This document shows, piece by piece, positions 14,568-28,646 of a DNA stretch of 64,000 nt. This DNA is from Octopus vulgaris. Its lineage: Eukaryota. The stretch is from contig OX597823.1 in assembly GCA_951406725.2 (NCBI GenBank), forward strand, positions 54,002,001-54,066,000, in the 5' to 3' direction. A program made the position numbers and the translations under genes. Within the stretch, counting starts at the first letter, position 1. Each line of letters begins with the position of its first letter. The notes under the pieces were generated by a model. The model saw only the letters and a program-made list of their open reading frames with translations, had not been told where the DNA came from and searched no databases.

Positions 14568-14933
14568 CATTATTTACATTATTTGCAATTGATGGATATT
14601 TGTCCTCATCTTGTTTGTTGTTAACACGTTTCGGCTGATATACCCTCCAGCCTTCATCAGGTGTCTTGGGCAAATTTTGAACCTGGGTTCTCATTCCTAC
14701 GGTATTTTTCGATATTGTTGTTGTTATTATTGTTGTTGTTGTTCTTCTTCTTATTATTATTATTATTCAGGTATGCCATATACCCGTGGGCAATTATGGA
14801 GTGAATTTTAGGGCTTATAAATCTATAGATTTATAAGCCCTAAAATTCACTCCATAATTGCCCATGGGCATATGGCATTGTGGTTAAGAGTGCATGCTAC
14901 TAACCCCAAGATTCCAGACAGTGACCTGAATTA

Positions 14934-14969
<36 letters not shown>

Positions 14970-15149
14970 TAACAACAACATCAAAAAATACCTTAGAAAT
15001 GAGAACCCGGGTTCGAAATTTTCCCAAGACACCTAATAAAGGCTGGAGGGTATATCAGCTGAAAGATTAACAATAAACAAGATGAGGACAAATATCCGTC
15101 AATTGTAAATAATTTACATAATTCCTCATCTCTTAAATATAGAACTGTA
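14568..15149. mobile_element. Palindromic non-autonomous retroelement (tRNA-like head + (AAT)n + hammerhead-like tail), Penelope-type architecture
   Basis: Inverted arms around a spacerless centre (14773-14878); 12-bp TSD GAATCAGTAGAG (14556-67 / 15150-61); CTGATGA...GAAAC core on the minus strand at 14623-14665. Confidence 0.7.
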
Positions 15150-15930
15150 GAATCAGTAGAGATCAAAAATTCTTGAAGTATTAATTTATGCCCCTTATAC
15201 ATTCTGAGCTTATATTCCACAGAGGTCAAATTTACCTTTCATTTTTTTTTTCTCCAAGGTCAATAAAATAAATATTGTTTTGTTAGAAATACAGCAAATT
15301 ATTCATTTATTTATTAAGAGTTTAAAAAAAAAGAAAAGTGACTCTGTGTCAGAAATGGTAAAGCATTAAATTACATCCTTTAGAGTATAATTTTCCTTCT
15401 CCAACATTTTGAGTTCAAATCTCATTTATATAAACTTTGCCTTTTATCCCTAAGAAGTGGGATCAATGACATACATGCGAATTCAAATGGCCATAACCTT
15501 TTGCTTAAATTTGTTATCACTGCACTAAATAAAAAAATATTCATTAAGAGGTTGTTTTTTTTTTTGTAAGTACAATACATTCATCTTGGCTCTCTGAAGC
15601 AATTTTTCTCTCAAAATGCATTTCAAGAAAACTATTGTTCTGAGAAAAAAATTTTGGGGTTGTTCACAATAAGGAATCTGTTAAACTTTTCTTTTATATA
15701 TATATATATATATCTAAAATTGATGTTCGCTATTTCAAAACAATGGTTTTTTTTTGTTTTTATTTTTTTTTTAATACATGAATAAACTTTTTCTCTAAAA
15801 CAATATTTTGTTTAATATCTTATAAGGATGTAGAGGATTGTCCATAAAACAAATGTATGAGTTCTGAAATTTTCGGAAAATACTACAAAAAGATTCCACA
15901 TCTGAAGATTGTGTTTGGCAAACCATTAAT

Positions 15931-16118
15931 CTAAAGAATGTTATCATTGGTTTTTGATTCTTCATTGTCACTCACTGCATATGGTATTCGTCTATGAAGC
16001 AAATGCTTCTCTCCAGTGATTAGAATTGTCACGATGAGGATGCATGCAGAAACACACATGAACAGCCCAGCAACCATGTAAGATTTACTGTATGACTTGG
16101 TAAGATCAGCAATGAAAC
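15931..16118 (-). CDS. SLC16/MCT-like transporter, last coding exon (TM12, stop)
   Basis: ttcataatag acceptor. GFIADLTKSYSKSYMVAG matches the MCT GxLxDxTGxY motif; TAG at 15931-15933. The six exons total 2052 nt = 683 aa + stop. Confidence 0.9.
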
Positions 16119-16639
16119 CTATTATGAATAAATTGACAAGTATTTGGATTATATTTAGCACAACATAAAACAAGAAAAAGTACAAGCTGATGATAGACCT
16201 CTATGTCTTGTGTGACATGAAATGTAGTTAGATGTGTCTTGAAAATCATAAAATGATATTTCAAAAATATGAATAAAATAAAGCTGAAATTCAAAATAGG
16301 AAGACTTAATAACTATGCTTCTTTTATTAAATAACTAGCATAAAAGCCACATGCAGTGCGAACTTTTAAACTAACTCCTGCTGAGGGCTAATTGGGCCTG
16401 CATCCAAAAACTAAAGAGAGTAATTATAATAAAGCATTTATTGGTATCCTACCAATATGATATAACTTTAAATTCAATTTAAATGTAAAACTTGTAAGTT
16501 CATAAATTTTTGGAGTTTTTTTAATGTTTGAATTTTCAACTGTTAGTATATAACAAATCCTCATCCAGACCTGATTCCAGTGCTGAATTTAAAGAACCAA
16601 ATGACAGGTAGATTTTCAAGCCCATGATCATCATGATTG

Positions 16640-17546
16640 CAAAAAGGTATAATATGTCTATATACAGCCAATGTAGACTAGGATACAGAGGCCCCAGATG
16701 GATGGACAGACAGAGGTAGGTCAAAAGAAACGAAGCTAGCATGATCCGCTGGATGTGTAATGTCAGTGTGCACACACGACAGTGTAAGTGCCCTGAGAGA
16801 AATGTTAGGCATAAGAAGCATTGGATATGGCATGCAAGAGAGATGTTTGCATTGGTATGGTCATGTACTGCAGATGGACGAGGAGAGTTGTGTGAAGAAG
16901 TGCCACTCCTAAACAATGGAAGGAATCCGGGTAGAGGGAGACCCAGGAAGACATGGGATGAGGTACTGAAGCATGACCTTCAAATGTTGGGCCTCACAGA
17001 GGCAATGACAAAAGACCGAGACCTCTGGAGGTATGCATGACTGAGAAGACCTGGCAAATAAAGTGAGTCCACAGCTGTAACCTACACCAGTGTCGCATAA
17101 CCAGCCCACTCAAAAGTACCTTGGATAGTAGGGCAACATGCCATGCTTAAGGAGACCTATTGAGTCAAGTACATCAACATCAACAGCAATATCAAAATCA
17201 AATCAAATGGAAATTGTAGTTGTGAACCCTGTGCCGGTAGCACGTAAAAAGCACTATCCGAACATGGCCAATGCCAGTGTCACTTTCACTGGCTTCTGTG
17301 CTGGCGGCATGTAAAAAGTACCATCCAATCGTGGTCAATGCCAGCTCCTCTGGCCCCTGTGCCGGTGGCATGTAAAAAGCACCCACTACACTTTTGGAGT
17401 GGTTGGCATTAAGAAGGGCATCCAGCTGTAGAAACACTGCCAGATCAGATTGAGGCTTGGCACAGCTTCCTGGCTTCCCAGACCCTGTCGAACCGTCCAA
17501 TCCATGCCAGCATGGAAAACGGATGTTAAACAATGATGATGATGAT
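16640..17546 (+). mobile_element. RTE LINE 3' fragment with complete 3' UTR
   Basis: MIRWMCNV...GRGRPRKTWDEV, then the same UTR as the 47.3-48 kb copy, ending GATGATGAT. Confidence 0.85.
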
Positions 17547-17846
17547 TTTAAGAGAACACAGCTAGAGCTATTCAAACATGTAGTGTGTCCCTGGTAGTTA
17601 ACTATCACAGAGGAGACAATCCTTTCTAGATTAAGTTAAGTTGAAGATTTGAAAGTTTGGAGTAGACATATATATATTTTTTGTTCCTACACATTATAAA
17701 GATCTTAAAGTATTTAGTCATTGATAGCCATGTTATTCATCCTTCTTGGGAATCATCGGAACAGCATAGCCACAAGCAATCAAATCAGCAATACTACAAC
17801 AACAAAGATGAATAAATTAAGTAATTATTTTGTTTAGAAAACCTAC

Positions 17847-18191
17847 CTGCTAATGGGCCACAGGCTAAATATCCCAAACCTGTTATTGTAGTATAGAATC
17901 CAAAACAAAATTGGTAATTCACTCTTCCAACCATTTCCAGTAGTGAAACAAGGGCTACAGTGGTAAAGCATCCCATAAAGAGACCGATAAAAGTTAGAAA
18001 TGTAATAATGACATTATCATTATTTGCAAAAGCTAAAGCAATGATCAGTCCTGAAGCAATCATGCATGAGATCAAATATGTAAACATGCCTGACAGTCGA
18101 CAGGCGCTAGCTAATCCAGCAAGTAGACGTCCCACAGTTGTAGAAAAGCTGTACACAATCAGGAAAACAGTACTTCTATGCATGCCATAGC
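17847..18191 (-). CDS. SLC16/MCT-like transporter, coding exon 5 (TM8-11)
   Basis: tttttatatag acceptor, GTAGGT donor; TTVGRLLAG (TM8) and LACGPLAG (TM11). Confidence 0.9.
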
Positions 18192-18549
18192 CTATATAAA
18201 AAAGAAGAAAAAAAACAATTGAGAAAGCATTAGCAAGCTATATTATCAACAATAACCAAAAGTACAGAGAATCCAATAATAACCCATTGACTCATAGAAT
18301 TTATGGAGTTATGGAATCTATGTCTTAATCCTGCTGGAAAAATATACATACATACTTACATACATACACACACATCACACACACACACACACACTCACAC
18401 ACACACACATATGGCGTTAGGAAGGGCATCCAGCTGTAGAAACACTGCCAGATCAGACTGGGCTTGGCGCAGCCTCCTGGCTTCCCAGACCCCAGTTGAA
18501 CCGTCCAACCCATGCTAGCATGGAAAACGGACGTTAAACGATGATGATG

Positions 18550-18846
18550 ATATATATATACACACTTATATATACATATATATATATACACACATATATA
18601 TATACATATATATGTATATACACATATATATGTATATGCAATTATATATATATGTATACACATATGTATATATATATATATACATATACACATATATATA
18701 CATATGTATATATACACACATATAAATACATATATATATACATATATATAAATATATATATATATACATATATATAAATATATATATATGTATGTATATA
18801 TATACATATACATATATATATAAATATATATATATATGTATGTATG

Positions 18847-18902
<56 letters not shown>

Positions 18903-18925
18903 AATATATATGTGTATGTGTGTAT
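18550..18925. repeat. Compound (TA/CA)n microsatellite; similar arrays at 4966, 23700, 26705, 27080, 27800, 28300, 30150, 30430, 31150, 33665, 52670
   Basis: Direct reading; these arrays produce the spurious YI/CV/poly-amino-acid ORFs. Confidence 0.95.
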
Positions 18926-20702
18926 ACTGGCATGATAAGTGTTCTTGTTGATCTGATCAACAGAACAACCTAAAATTCTGCTGAAATCAACTTTATCTTT
19001 CATCCTTTCAGGGTCAATGTAATCAACAAGTCTCTTCACCTCAAAATTTCAGGCTTTATACCAATAGTAGAAAGAATTATTATTTGTTGTTTTTTATTCT
19101 TTTTTGTTTTCTCCTCCACAGTATATTTCAGATTTATTCTTCTCCCACCATTTATCAAATATATCTTTGAATAAGTTGGGTGTCATTAATGTAATAATGT
19201 CACCAGATAACCAGTTCAAGCAATTATGCACGTAGTTTAAGGCTTGCTGAGTTTGTTTATGTTTTCTTAAAATATTCATGAGAATAGCTTCTCATTAATG
19301 CATGAACATGACACTATGTTTCATCAATTGATATAATGCTAGTCCACACAAACCAATGAGGAATCTTCTATATGGTCATGTGACTTTCCAGAAACAGCAA
19401 CCAAGTTTCCCTCAAATTACTCCCTACCATCTTAGAAAAGAAGAATGTATTGAAATCTTTGGAACTGGGTGCATCATGTCTTTTAAAAATATGAGACAGC
19501 TACAGCTGTAATATTTTCAATCATTGGTTTGCTCAATTGAGAAATAAAATATAATGGTTGAGAGCCAAGGAATGAAAGATACCTAACTGCTTGCTAAATT
19601 CTTTGTGGAACAAAGTGCTAAACAGCAATAACAACACAAATCCACAGTTCATAGGTGTTAACCATTTCATTACTATATTTACTTTGAGATGCTCTGTGTT
19701 TCTTTCAATTATTTTAAATATAACAAAGAATTTAGTAAAATAACTTAGTTATCATTAAGCTAGTGTTAGGAACATAAATTGTGACTAAGGTTTGATGGAA
19801 GATTTTAATTCAAAACTTATGAAAACAAGTACTATAGAGCTAGAACCAGTGTCAGCTAGGTTGGTAATGAACAGGCTAATATGATTGATTCAATAAATGT
19901 GTTGAAATCGAGGAAATGTTAGAGTACCAGACAAAAATATCTTGAAGTATCTAATTTGTATTTTTATATTCAGAATTCAAATCTCTCAGATTGTATCAAG
20001 TTTATATCAGAAGTTCAATGTTGCATTGTAGTAAACATAAGCATTGAATACAGAGGATGCACCAAGTCTCTAAAGAAATGAAGTAAGCATGCTCTAGTGG
20101 ATGTGTTGTGTTAAAGTGCATGAACTGTAGAGCACAAATATGCTGAAAGAAAAACTGGATATGAGAAGAATCAGTTGACAAAGTGTGCAGAGACATGTAG
20201 TGCATGAAGAAGTGCTAAGCTATCAAAGCAGAAGGATCCTCCAGAAGAGAGGGACATACGAAGGGGTGCTGAAAGCTGATCTCAAGTGGTTGAACTTCAG
20301 AAAGTAGATGACAAAGGACTGCAGCAAATTGTGAGACACTCTGCAGAAGACCCAAGGAAAAGCAGACATAAAAAAATTATGTGACACTGATGATGATAAT
20401 GATGATAGTCATCAGCATCAGTGACAACATCATCATCATCATTAGTAGTGAAATCATTGTTGTCAGTTGTAGCAGCAATTTCTTTTTCTTCATCTTTGCA
20501 GGTTCTCAATATTTTGTACTATGATGTCTTTGAAGATAAAGTTTTGAATAAATCAAACAAAAACATGTATAACAGATTTGTATTTGATTAATCCATAATA
20601 CTTGAATACAATATAAAAGCTCTGTAATTTATAAAACATTGTATTGATTTTTCTTTACTTAAATATTTCAAAAATTTAACAATAGAATGAATAATTTCAG
20701 AC

Positions 20703-20916
20703 CTTTTTCAATTCCAAAATCAACCACCATCATGGAAAATATTGGATTTGCAGTTGCTGCCAAAAATGTTGAAAGGTAAAATAATGGCAGCACTTTATAC
20801 TTGGATATTTCCTTAAGCTTTTCTTTAAAATTTACTTCATTTTCTGTTTTTGGACTTCGATTCTCTGTTGTTTTTTTAATAGGTTGTTGTTCGAATTGAA
20901 ATGACATGACACATGC
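20703..20916 (-). CDS. SLC16/MCT-like transporter, coding exon 4 (central loop, TM7)
   Basis: tttaaacag acceptor, GTCTGA donor; frame continuous with both neighbouring exons. Confidence 0.85.
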
Positions 20917-22855
20917 CTGTTTAAATAAATTAATATATTACAATAAATGCATGTGAACTATAAAAAAAATGTATCTTTATACCCAATGTTTTTATTTCCT
21001 ATGATATGAAACAAGTTGAAAAGTTCAAGTATGTCAGGGCTGTAATCAGGAGCAATAAGAAGCAGAAGGTTGAATTGGATGCTAGAATTGCAGGTAAAAG
21101 GGTAAAGATCCTCTTCGGTCATGTATGACCAGTGGATTACAACTAAGAAGTCCCCGCCGAGGCACAAGTCCAGGCAAAGTTGTTTATGGAAGACCAGCAG
21201 TCATCCATGCATACCAGCCTCCCCTCTCCATGCCACCAATGTTATCCAAGGGAAAGGGAAAGGCTGATACAGCTGAGTGAACCGGGGCAATGTGAAAATA
21301 AAGTATACTTCTCAAGAACACAATACACAGCCCAGTCTGGGAATTAAACTCATAATCTCATGACTGTGAGTTCGATGCTCTAACCACTGAGCCATGCACC
21401 ATGCTAGAATTGCAAGTACTGTTACAGTAACACACCAGCAACAGTATTCAATCCTCAGAAAAGGAGTTGGTAGTAAAGAAAGTTAAATTTGGTATCTTTA
21501 ATTCAGTTTCTTTGCTTATCTTCACCTATGGTCATGAATGTTGGGTAATGGCTGAAGGAGTATGATCACAAATACAAGCAGTCAAAATGGGGTTCCTTCA
21601 AAGGGTCTCTAGAGGAGCATGACTTGAAACGATGCATAGTTCAGAGAATAGGGAGTCTTTCTAGGCCTAGCTGCTACTTCCCCGCATTGAGGGGTCACGT
21701 GATTAGAATTTTGCAGAAAAGAATTGCAAGACAGATTCTTCCAGCCAAACCAACTGGCAAGAATCCTAGGGGTAGACAAAGAATGAGTTAGTTGGATAAT
21801 ATCCATAGTTTCAGTCGGTCATGCTTGAGAATCCAGCCAGAAAGTCCAATAGCTTTTGCTTCTTATTGAACATTGTGGAGAAGGTGCCTGAAGACTGTAT
21901 CTCCACAATCCTCCCAGAAATAGTGGGCACAGAAAATGGATGGATAATAATTTTATTTCCATCCTTGTCACATCCTATGTTATAGTACTCTAATTGAGAA
22001 TTACGGAGTCGGGTGCAGCCATCTGGTTCACCAGTCCTCAGTCAAATCGTCCAACCCATGCTAGCATGGAAAGCGGTCATTAAATGATGATGATGATGTA
22101 GAATACTCAATCACTTACATGCTAATTCAATCAGAAGGTAACTCAGTTGATCAAGCAACTGAATATTCATCATCAAAAATCAGCAGAGATCAACTGATTC
22201 ATGTATAATAGTTATAACTCTGAATTGCCTATTACAAGTTAACAAAACATAAAAATAATAAAGATTCAAAATATAATTTTATGTAAATTTTTTAAATTTG
22301 TAAAGGCTGTCTGAATGAAAAAAGATAAACAAAAACTCAGAAAAAAATTAAATTGAAACAAAAATAAAGGTTAATTCCTTTAAACTTTGATTTGGTTTAA
22401 TATTAAATCTTTAAAAAGAATTACTACAATGATAAATTTTATGTAATCTGACCATTCCTGGTAAATTATATATTTTCTTCTTTCTCTTAAGTTAAATAAC
22501 ATAAAATATTTTGAGCCAAAGAAGAAACTTTTATGCTTGATCTGCTAGATAAACTGTTAAATCTTTTTCAAATCACATCTCCAAAAAAAGAGGTCGCATC
22601 AACTAATTTAGCTGTAGATACTGCTGAAAAAATAGGATGGCCAACAGGAATATCCTTGATCTAGGTTAATTCAACCAGGGTTGAACAGTAATAACAACCA
22701 TCAATATGTTAACATTAATACAGTAGTGGACAAGCAGAATTATTACAGCATCAGATAAAATGGCTTACAGTCCCCCACCCCTGCTCTTTATATTCAAGGT
22801 TCAAACCCTGTTGTGGTTAATTTTGCTTTTTGTCCCTGAAGTTAATAAAATAAAG

Positions 22856-23362
22856 GGCGATGTTTCGGTTGTCGTAGCACACATTTCCGTCGATTTCCGT
22901 AAAAAACTTTTATTTTTTTACATATGGCTTTGTGGGAATATTTGAAGTAATGAGAGCGAAAGAGACTAAGAGAAAGCGATTGTATGAGGAGGGAAGTTCT
23001 TTTGAAGTTACCGTGCATGTGAAGCATTGATGTATATGTGTGTGTGTGTGTTTGATGGGGTGTGGGAGATAGACAGTATGTTGTGTAAGTGAAGTGCTTC
23101 TGTTAGTGTGTGCGAAGAGACAGAGTAACGTGTGAAAGAGAGAAATAACTGAAATTTTTTACTCGGTGTATGTGTATATGTATGTCTGCATGTATGTGTG
23201 TGTGTGTATGGATCTATGTATGTGTGTGTGTATTATTATTGTGTGTATGTATGTGTGTATGTATGTATGTATGTATGTATGTATGTATGTATGGCCGATT
23301 CAGTGTTTACATTTTTTACGGAAATCGACGGAAACGTGTGCTACGACAAACGAAACTTCGCC
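22856..23362. mobile_element. MITE with ~50-bp TIRs and 8-bp TSD (Merlin/hAT-like)
   Basis: GGCGA...TCGCC termini; AAATAAAG duplicated at 22848-55 and 23363-70. Confidence 0.8.
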
Positions 23363-23481
23363 AAATAAAGTTCCAGCAAAACACTGTTAATTGATGAAAT
23401 TGTTTGTAACCAGCCTACTAAATTTCCAATCTTGTGCTTATTTTGGAACTTTACTATTGTTATTGTTGTGGTTATTATTAT

Positions 23482-23697
23482 TAAGGTGGTGAACTGGCAG
23501 AATGGTTAGCATGCTGGACGAAATGCTTGGTGGCATTTTGCCCATTGCTAGATTCTGGGTTTAAATTCCACCGAGGTTGACTTTGCTTTTCCTCCTTTTG
23601 GGGTCGATAAATAAAGTATTAGTGAAGTACTGGGGGTCAATGTAATCGACTAGTCCTCTCCTCCAAAATTTCAGGCCTTGTGCCTTTAGTGGAAAGG

Positions 23698-23700
<3 letters not shown>
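23482..23700 (+). mobile_element. SINE, third family with (ATT)n tail (copies ~30210, 33794, 40300, 60830, 61230)
   Basis: AAGGTGGTGAACTGGCAGAA head...CCTTTTGGGGTCGATAA...AAAGGATTATT tail. Confidence 0.75.
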
Positions 23701-23754
<54 letters not shown>

Positions 23755-23774
23755 GTTATTATTATTATTATTAC

Positions 23775-23808
<34 letters not shown>

Positions 23809-23958
23809 GAGTGAGAGAGCAGGGCATCCCATCAAAGTGATACTGGGTAAAATATATGAAGCTCAATATGATGGTTTATAACATTTAATCTGAAGGATAA
23901 TATTTTATGTAAAAATTGATTAAATTAAAAAAACAAAACAAACTCATAAACAAATTAC

Positions 23959-24158
23959 TTGCAAAATTATGCCAGCCATTAGTAGAAAATTACCATTCCA
24001 ACCATAAATATCAATTATATTGATTTGATAGAGGGGTAGCAATGTTGATCCAATAGCCAAACCTGCTGATACTGCAGCGATTGCATAATTCTGACCAGAG
24101 TCAAAATACATAGCTATAGCAGAGTATGAAACTACATTCAAAATACATAGACCAAACC
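23959..24158 (-). CDS. SLC16/MCT-like transporter, coding exon 3
   Basis: ttattacag acceptor, GTAATT donor. GFGL...AMYFDSGQNYAIAAVSAG...YGWNGNFLLMAG matches the MCT YFxxRRxxAxG and YGWRG motifs. Confidence 0.9.
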
Positions 24159-26074
24159 CTGTAATAAACATAAAAATAAATTTTAAAAAAGATAGTATAA
24201 CAAAAGGCACAATATGATAATATAGGAACGTCCTTTTAAAAAAATATTTTCATATTTAACTCATTACCATTTAAACAAGCAATATATTTTACCTTTTTAT
24301 ATGTTCAAATCAGCCACCTCTAGCTTTCAACTCTTACAATCACATCATCAAAATCTTGAAGCTACTAGATACTACATGATAAACTCAGAGCAATGTGAAT
24401 AAATATGCATTACATTTGACAGAGTAATCTGAATGCAAAAAGGTTAATTTGATTTGCTTTTGAATAAAACTTTAATTTAGTGTAATTTCAAGATGCATTC
24501 AAAAGGTATGGTTCTGATTACAAAATTAATTCAGCATCCCTGCAGAGGATATGGTCTTCTTTACAGAATAAGTATTGGATATATGGTTTTCACTGAAAAT
24601 ACATAATGCTGTATGTATGTAAAATAGGAACTGTTCTTAAAATAATATCAACCCTGGAATAGCGTAAATTAAAAACCTGGAAGAAATGTCTAAAATCAAA
24701 TCAAATGGATGTTAAGAATACAATTCCAATCTAAAAAGAAACTCTCCACAGCTTAAAAGTTTTAATTTTGCTAGATAATGTGGGAAAGTAGAAAGAGAGA
24801 AAATATGTGATATTACATAAGTGAAGCAACCAAAATAGGCTCAAAATAACTTTTTATTTCTGAATGTCTTCAAAAGTATAGTAGTTGTCCTGTGAACATT
24901 GCTATATATTAATGCACTTACCTCCAACCTCATAATGATCTTGATTTATTTCTGCTTATGTAATCTTCCTCTCTCTGCTAAATACACCAGTTGATGGACT
25001 TCACAAAAAAACTTTCTTGAAATTACAGAGAGCCCTCAATTTTCCGGAACAAGAGAGAGATACTCCTAGTTACATTTTCAAAGTTCAATTCCTGCTTTAT
25101 ATTGCAAATGGATTCCTGAATCATATTTATTTATACCAGTCTTAATATTTTATTGAGATTTGTTTTCATTGCTTTTAAGATTGTGTTTTATATTTATATA
25201 AATGCATTTAATATTTTGTATTTATCTTTTATGGAGAAGAAATTTTACTCCACCATATTAGAACACATTTAGTTAACCTGAGATGAAAATGCTTACAAGT
25301 TTGTGTTTTTTTTAAATGTCTCACCTGAAATGATTACCTGTAATGAATCTTGTTTATATTATTTTTATTTTTTTCCCAGTCTGGTATCTTTTCAACAGAG
25401 GAATTATTGCATTCACATAACATGTCATGATTTTAAACAAATAAAAAATGTTGAAAGCAACTCTGATGTCTAAATTCTCTCCAGAACACAAGTTTTTTTC
25501 AACTACAAGCAGAAATTTCAAGACCATATTTACTTCTCAATGATGATAGAGCAAAATTAGTTAACCAGAGAAAAATATGCTAATTAGTTTTAAATTATCT
25601 CACCTGAAATAATTGATGGCAAGTAATTTAAATGGATCCAGAAAAATAAGTAACTTTGTTTTCATTTATTAAGCTAGTGTTTACAACTTCACTTTTCATC
25701 CTTTGGAAGTCAATAAAATAAGTACCAATTGAGCCCTAAGCTTGATGTAATCTACTCATCTTCTCCCCTAAAATTGCTGGCCTTGTACCAAAATTTGAAA
25801 GAATTATTAAGCTGGTGTTTGGAACATAACTAAAATTTTTACATGAGGTTATTGTGTAAACTTCTATATTTAAATTGGATATAAATATTTAAGTATGAAT
25901 ATTTTAAATCAAAGAAATCAAGTTTATGCAACAGAAATGGAGTTTGTTATGTCAAAAAAATAATTGAGTGGTCCCAAGTTTCTTAATATTTTAACAAAGG
26001 AAAGTGTGTCATAAAAAAAAAAAGAAAACTGAGATTATCTCAGGTAGATATGTATCAAAAAGCCATTACCCAAC

Positions 26075-26861
<787 letters not shown>

Positions 26862-26862
26862 T

Positions 26863-26942
<80 letters not shown>

Positions 26943-27127
26943 TTGTGGGTTATCAAAGCTACCTATGGTTTCATGCTAAAAGGTTCCCATATGGTTGTAT
27001 ACCATATGGGAACGTTGCTACACATTTTATCAGTATCACACATATATGTATGATGCTGATGAAAGAGTAATAACTCTTGATACACACACACACACACACA
27101 CATATTCATATATATATATATATATAT

Positions 27128-27158
<31 letters not shown>

Positions 27159-27351
27159 CATACATATACATACATATACATACACATACACACACACATT
27201 TTTGATCCACACATTAATGAAGGCAAATGCATATTGTTACTTTTCTTTTATCACCAATCTGTCAATTCACACAGGTATTTAAAACTCAAACAAGAAAAAT
27301 CTAAAGTGCTTGATTAGAAATCTGTCAGATTGTTGTATGTATAGCAATGTC

Positions 27352-27384
<33 letters not shown>

Positions 27385-27797
27385 ATGGGAGAAATACATT
27401 TGAAAAATACACACTCATAAATCAAATAAAACTATATTGTGTGTGTGAGTGTGTGATGTGTGTGTGTGTGTGTGTGTGTGTGTCTGTGTCTGTGTCTGTG
27501 TGTGTGTGTATCAATAATTTGTACTGGAAAGCACAACACATAACCCGAGATTGGGTTCAGTAGTGTTTTTCACACAACACTCCATTATCTAGTATAGTAT
27601 GATGATGGGGCATCAACCTCAGGATTACTTACTGTAAAGAATATGAGATGTAGTAGAAATTGTGAGACACTGATGAGGTGAAGTGCAAGATGGCATGATG
27701 TTTCAATAACTGTTATGTAATTTCTACACCATTTTACTGAAACATGTGTATGTTCTATAAAGTGCAGAATACCACACCTGTTTTTGGTTAATCCTTA

Positions 27798-27840
<43 letters not shown>

Positions 27841-27842
27841 AC

Positions 27843-27887
<45 letters not shown>

Positions 27888-28085
27888 CATACATACAGGT
27901 GTGTGTGTATACATATATATGTATGTATATTTATATATATATGTATGTATGTATGTATGTATACACACATGCATATATACATGTATATGTTTAGTTTTTT
28001 GTGTCAATTTATAGTAGGACTAAAGAATTATAATGTTTCCGCCCAAAATGATGTCATTGATTGAAGAAGTGGTTGTTGTACATAC

Positions 28086-28229
28086 CTGATACAATACCAA
28101 CAAGAAGAGCAATTCCAACAACATTATTCACAAAAGCAGCAGCAGCGAAGCCTGCACTTGAAAGAATACTACCAACAAACAATGTCAAGCGAAGTCCAAA
28201 TTTAGAAATCAAAGGTGCTATAAAAATGC
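28086..28229 (-). CDS. SLC16/MCT-like transporter, coding exon 2
   Basis: ttctttctag acceptor, GTATG donor, phase 1-1. APLISKFGLRLTLFVGSILSSAGF corresponds to the MFS motif-A/TM3 region of MCTs. Confidence 0.9.
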
Positions 28230-28324
28230 CTAGAAAGAACAAAATATAAACCAAAATTGAATTTTTTTAAACCAACATTATTTTTTAAAATTCATTATCA
28301 TTATTATTGTTGTTGTTATTATTA

Positions 28325-28408
<84 letters not shown>

Positions 28409-28646
28409 TAGTCTATTTTTATCATATGTTTTCATTGCACTGCTGAGTGCAGTTCTCTGTGCCTTGGGTATGGTCTGTGGTTTGTTTTGGTGCTATTATT
28501 TTTACTGTATTGAAAGTGCTTTATATTGAAAGTGTGCAGTGCCTAGCAGTTCTGTATTTCTGTATTTTATATATATATTCGTATATATTCATGTTGTTGC
28601 TACTTCAACAGCTTACAATATATTTCAAAATGGGAAATATACTCAC

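Noticed and set aside
18325-19039. Long YI/CV-rich ORFs (also 26.6, 30.4, 33.6, 34.5-35.1 kb)
   Set aside because: Translations of di- and trinucleotide microsatellites.
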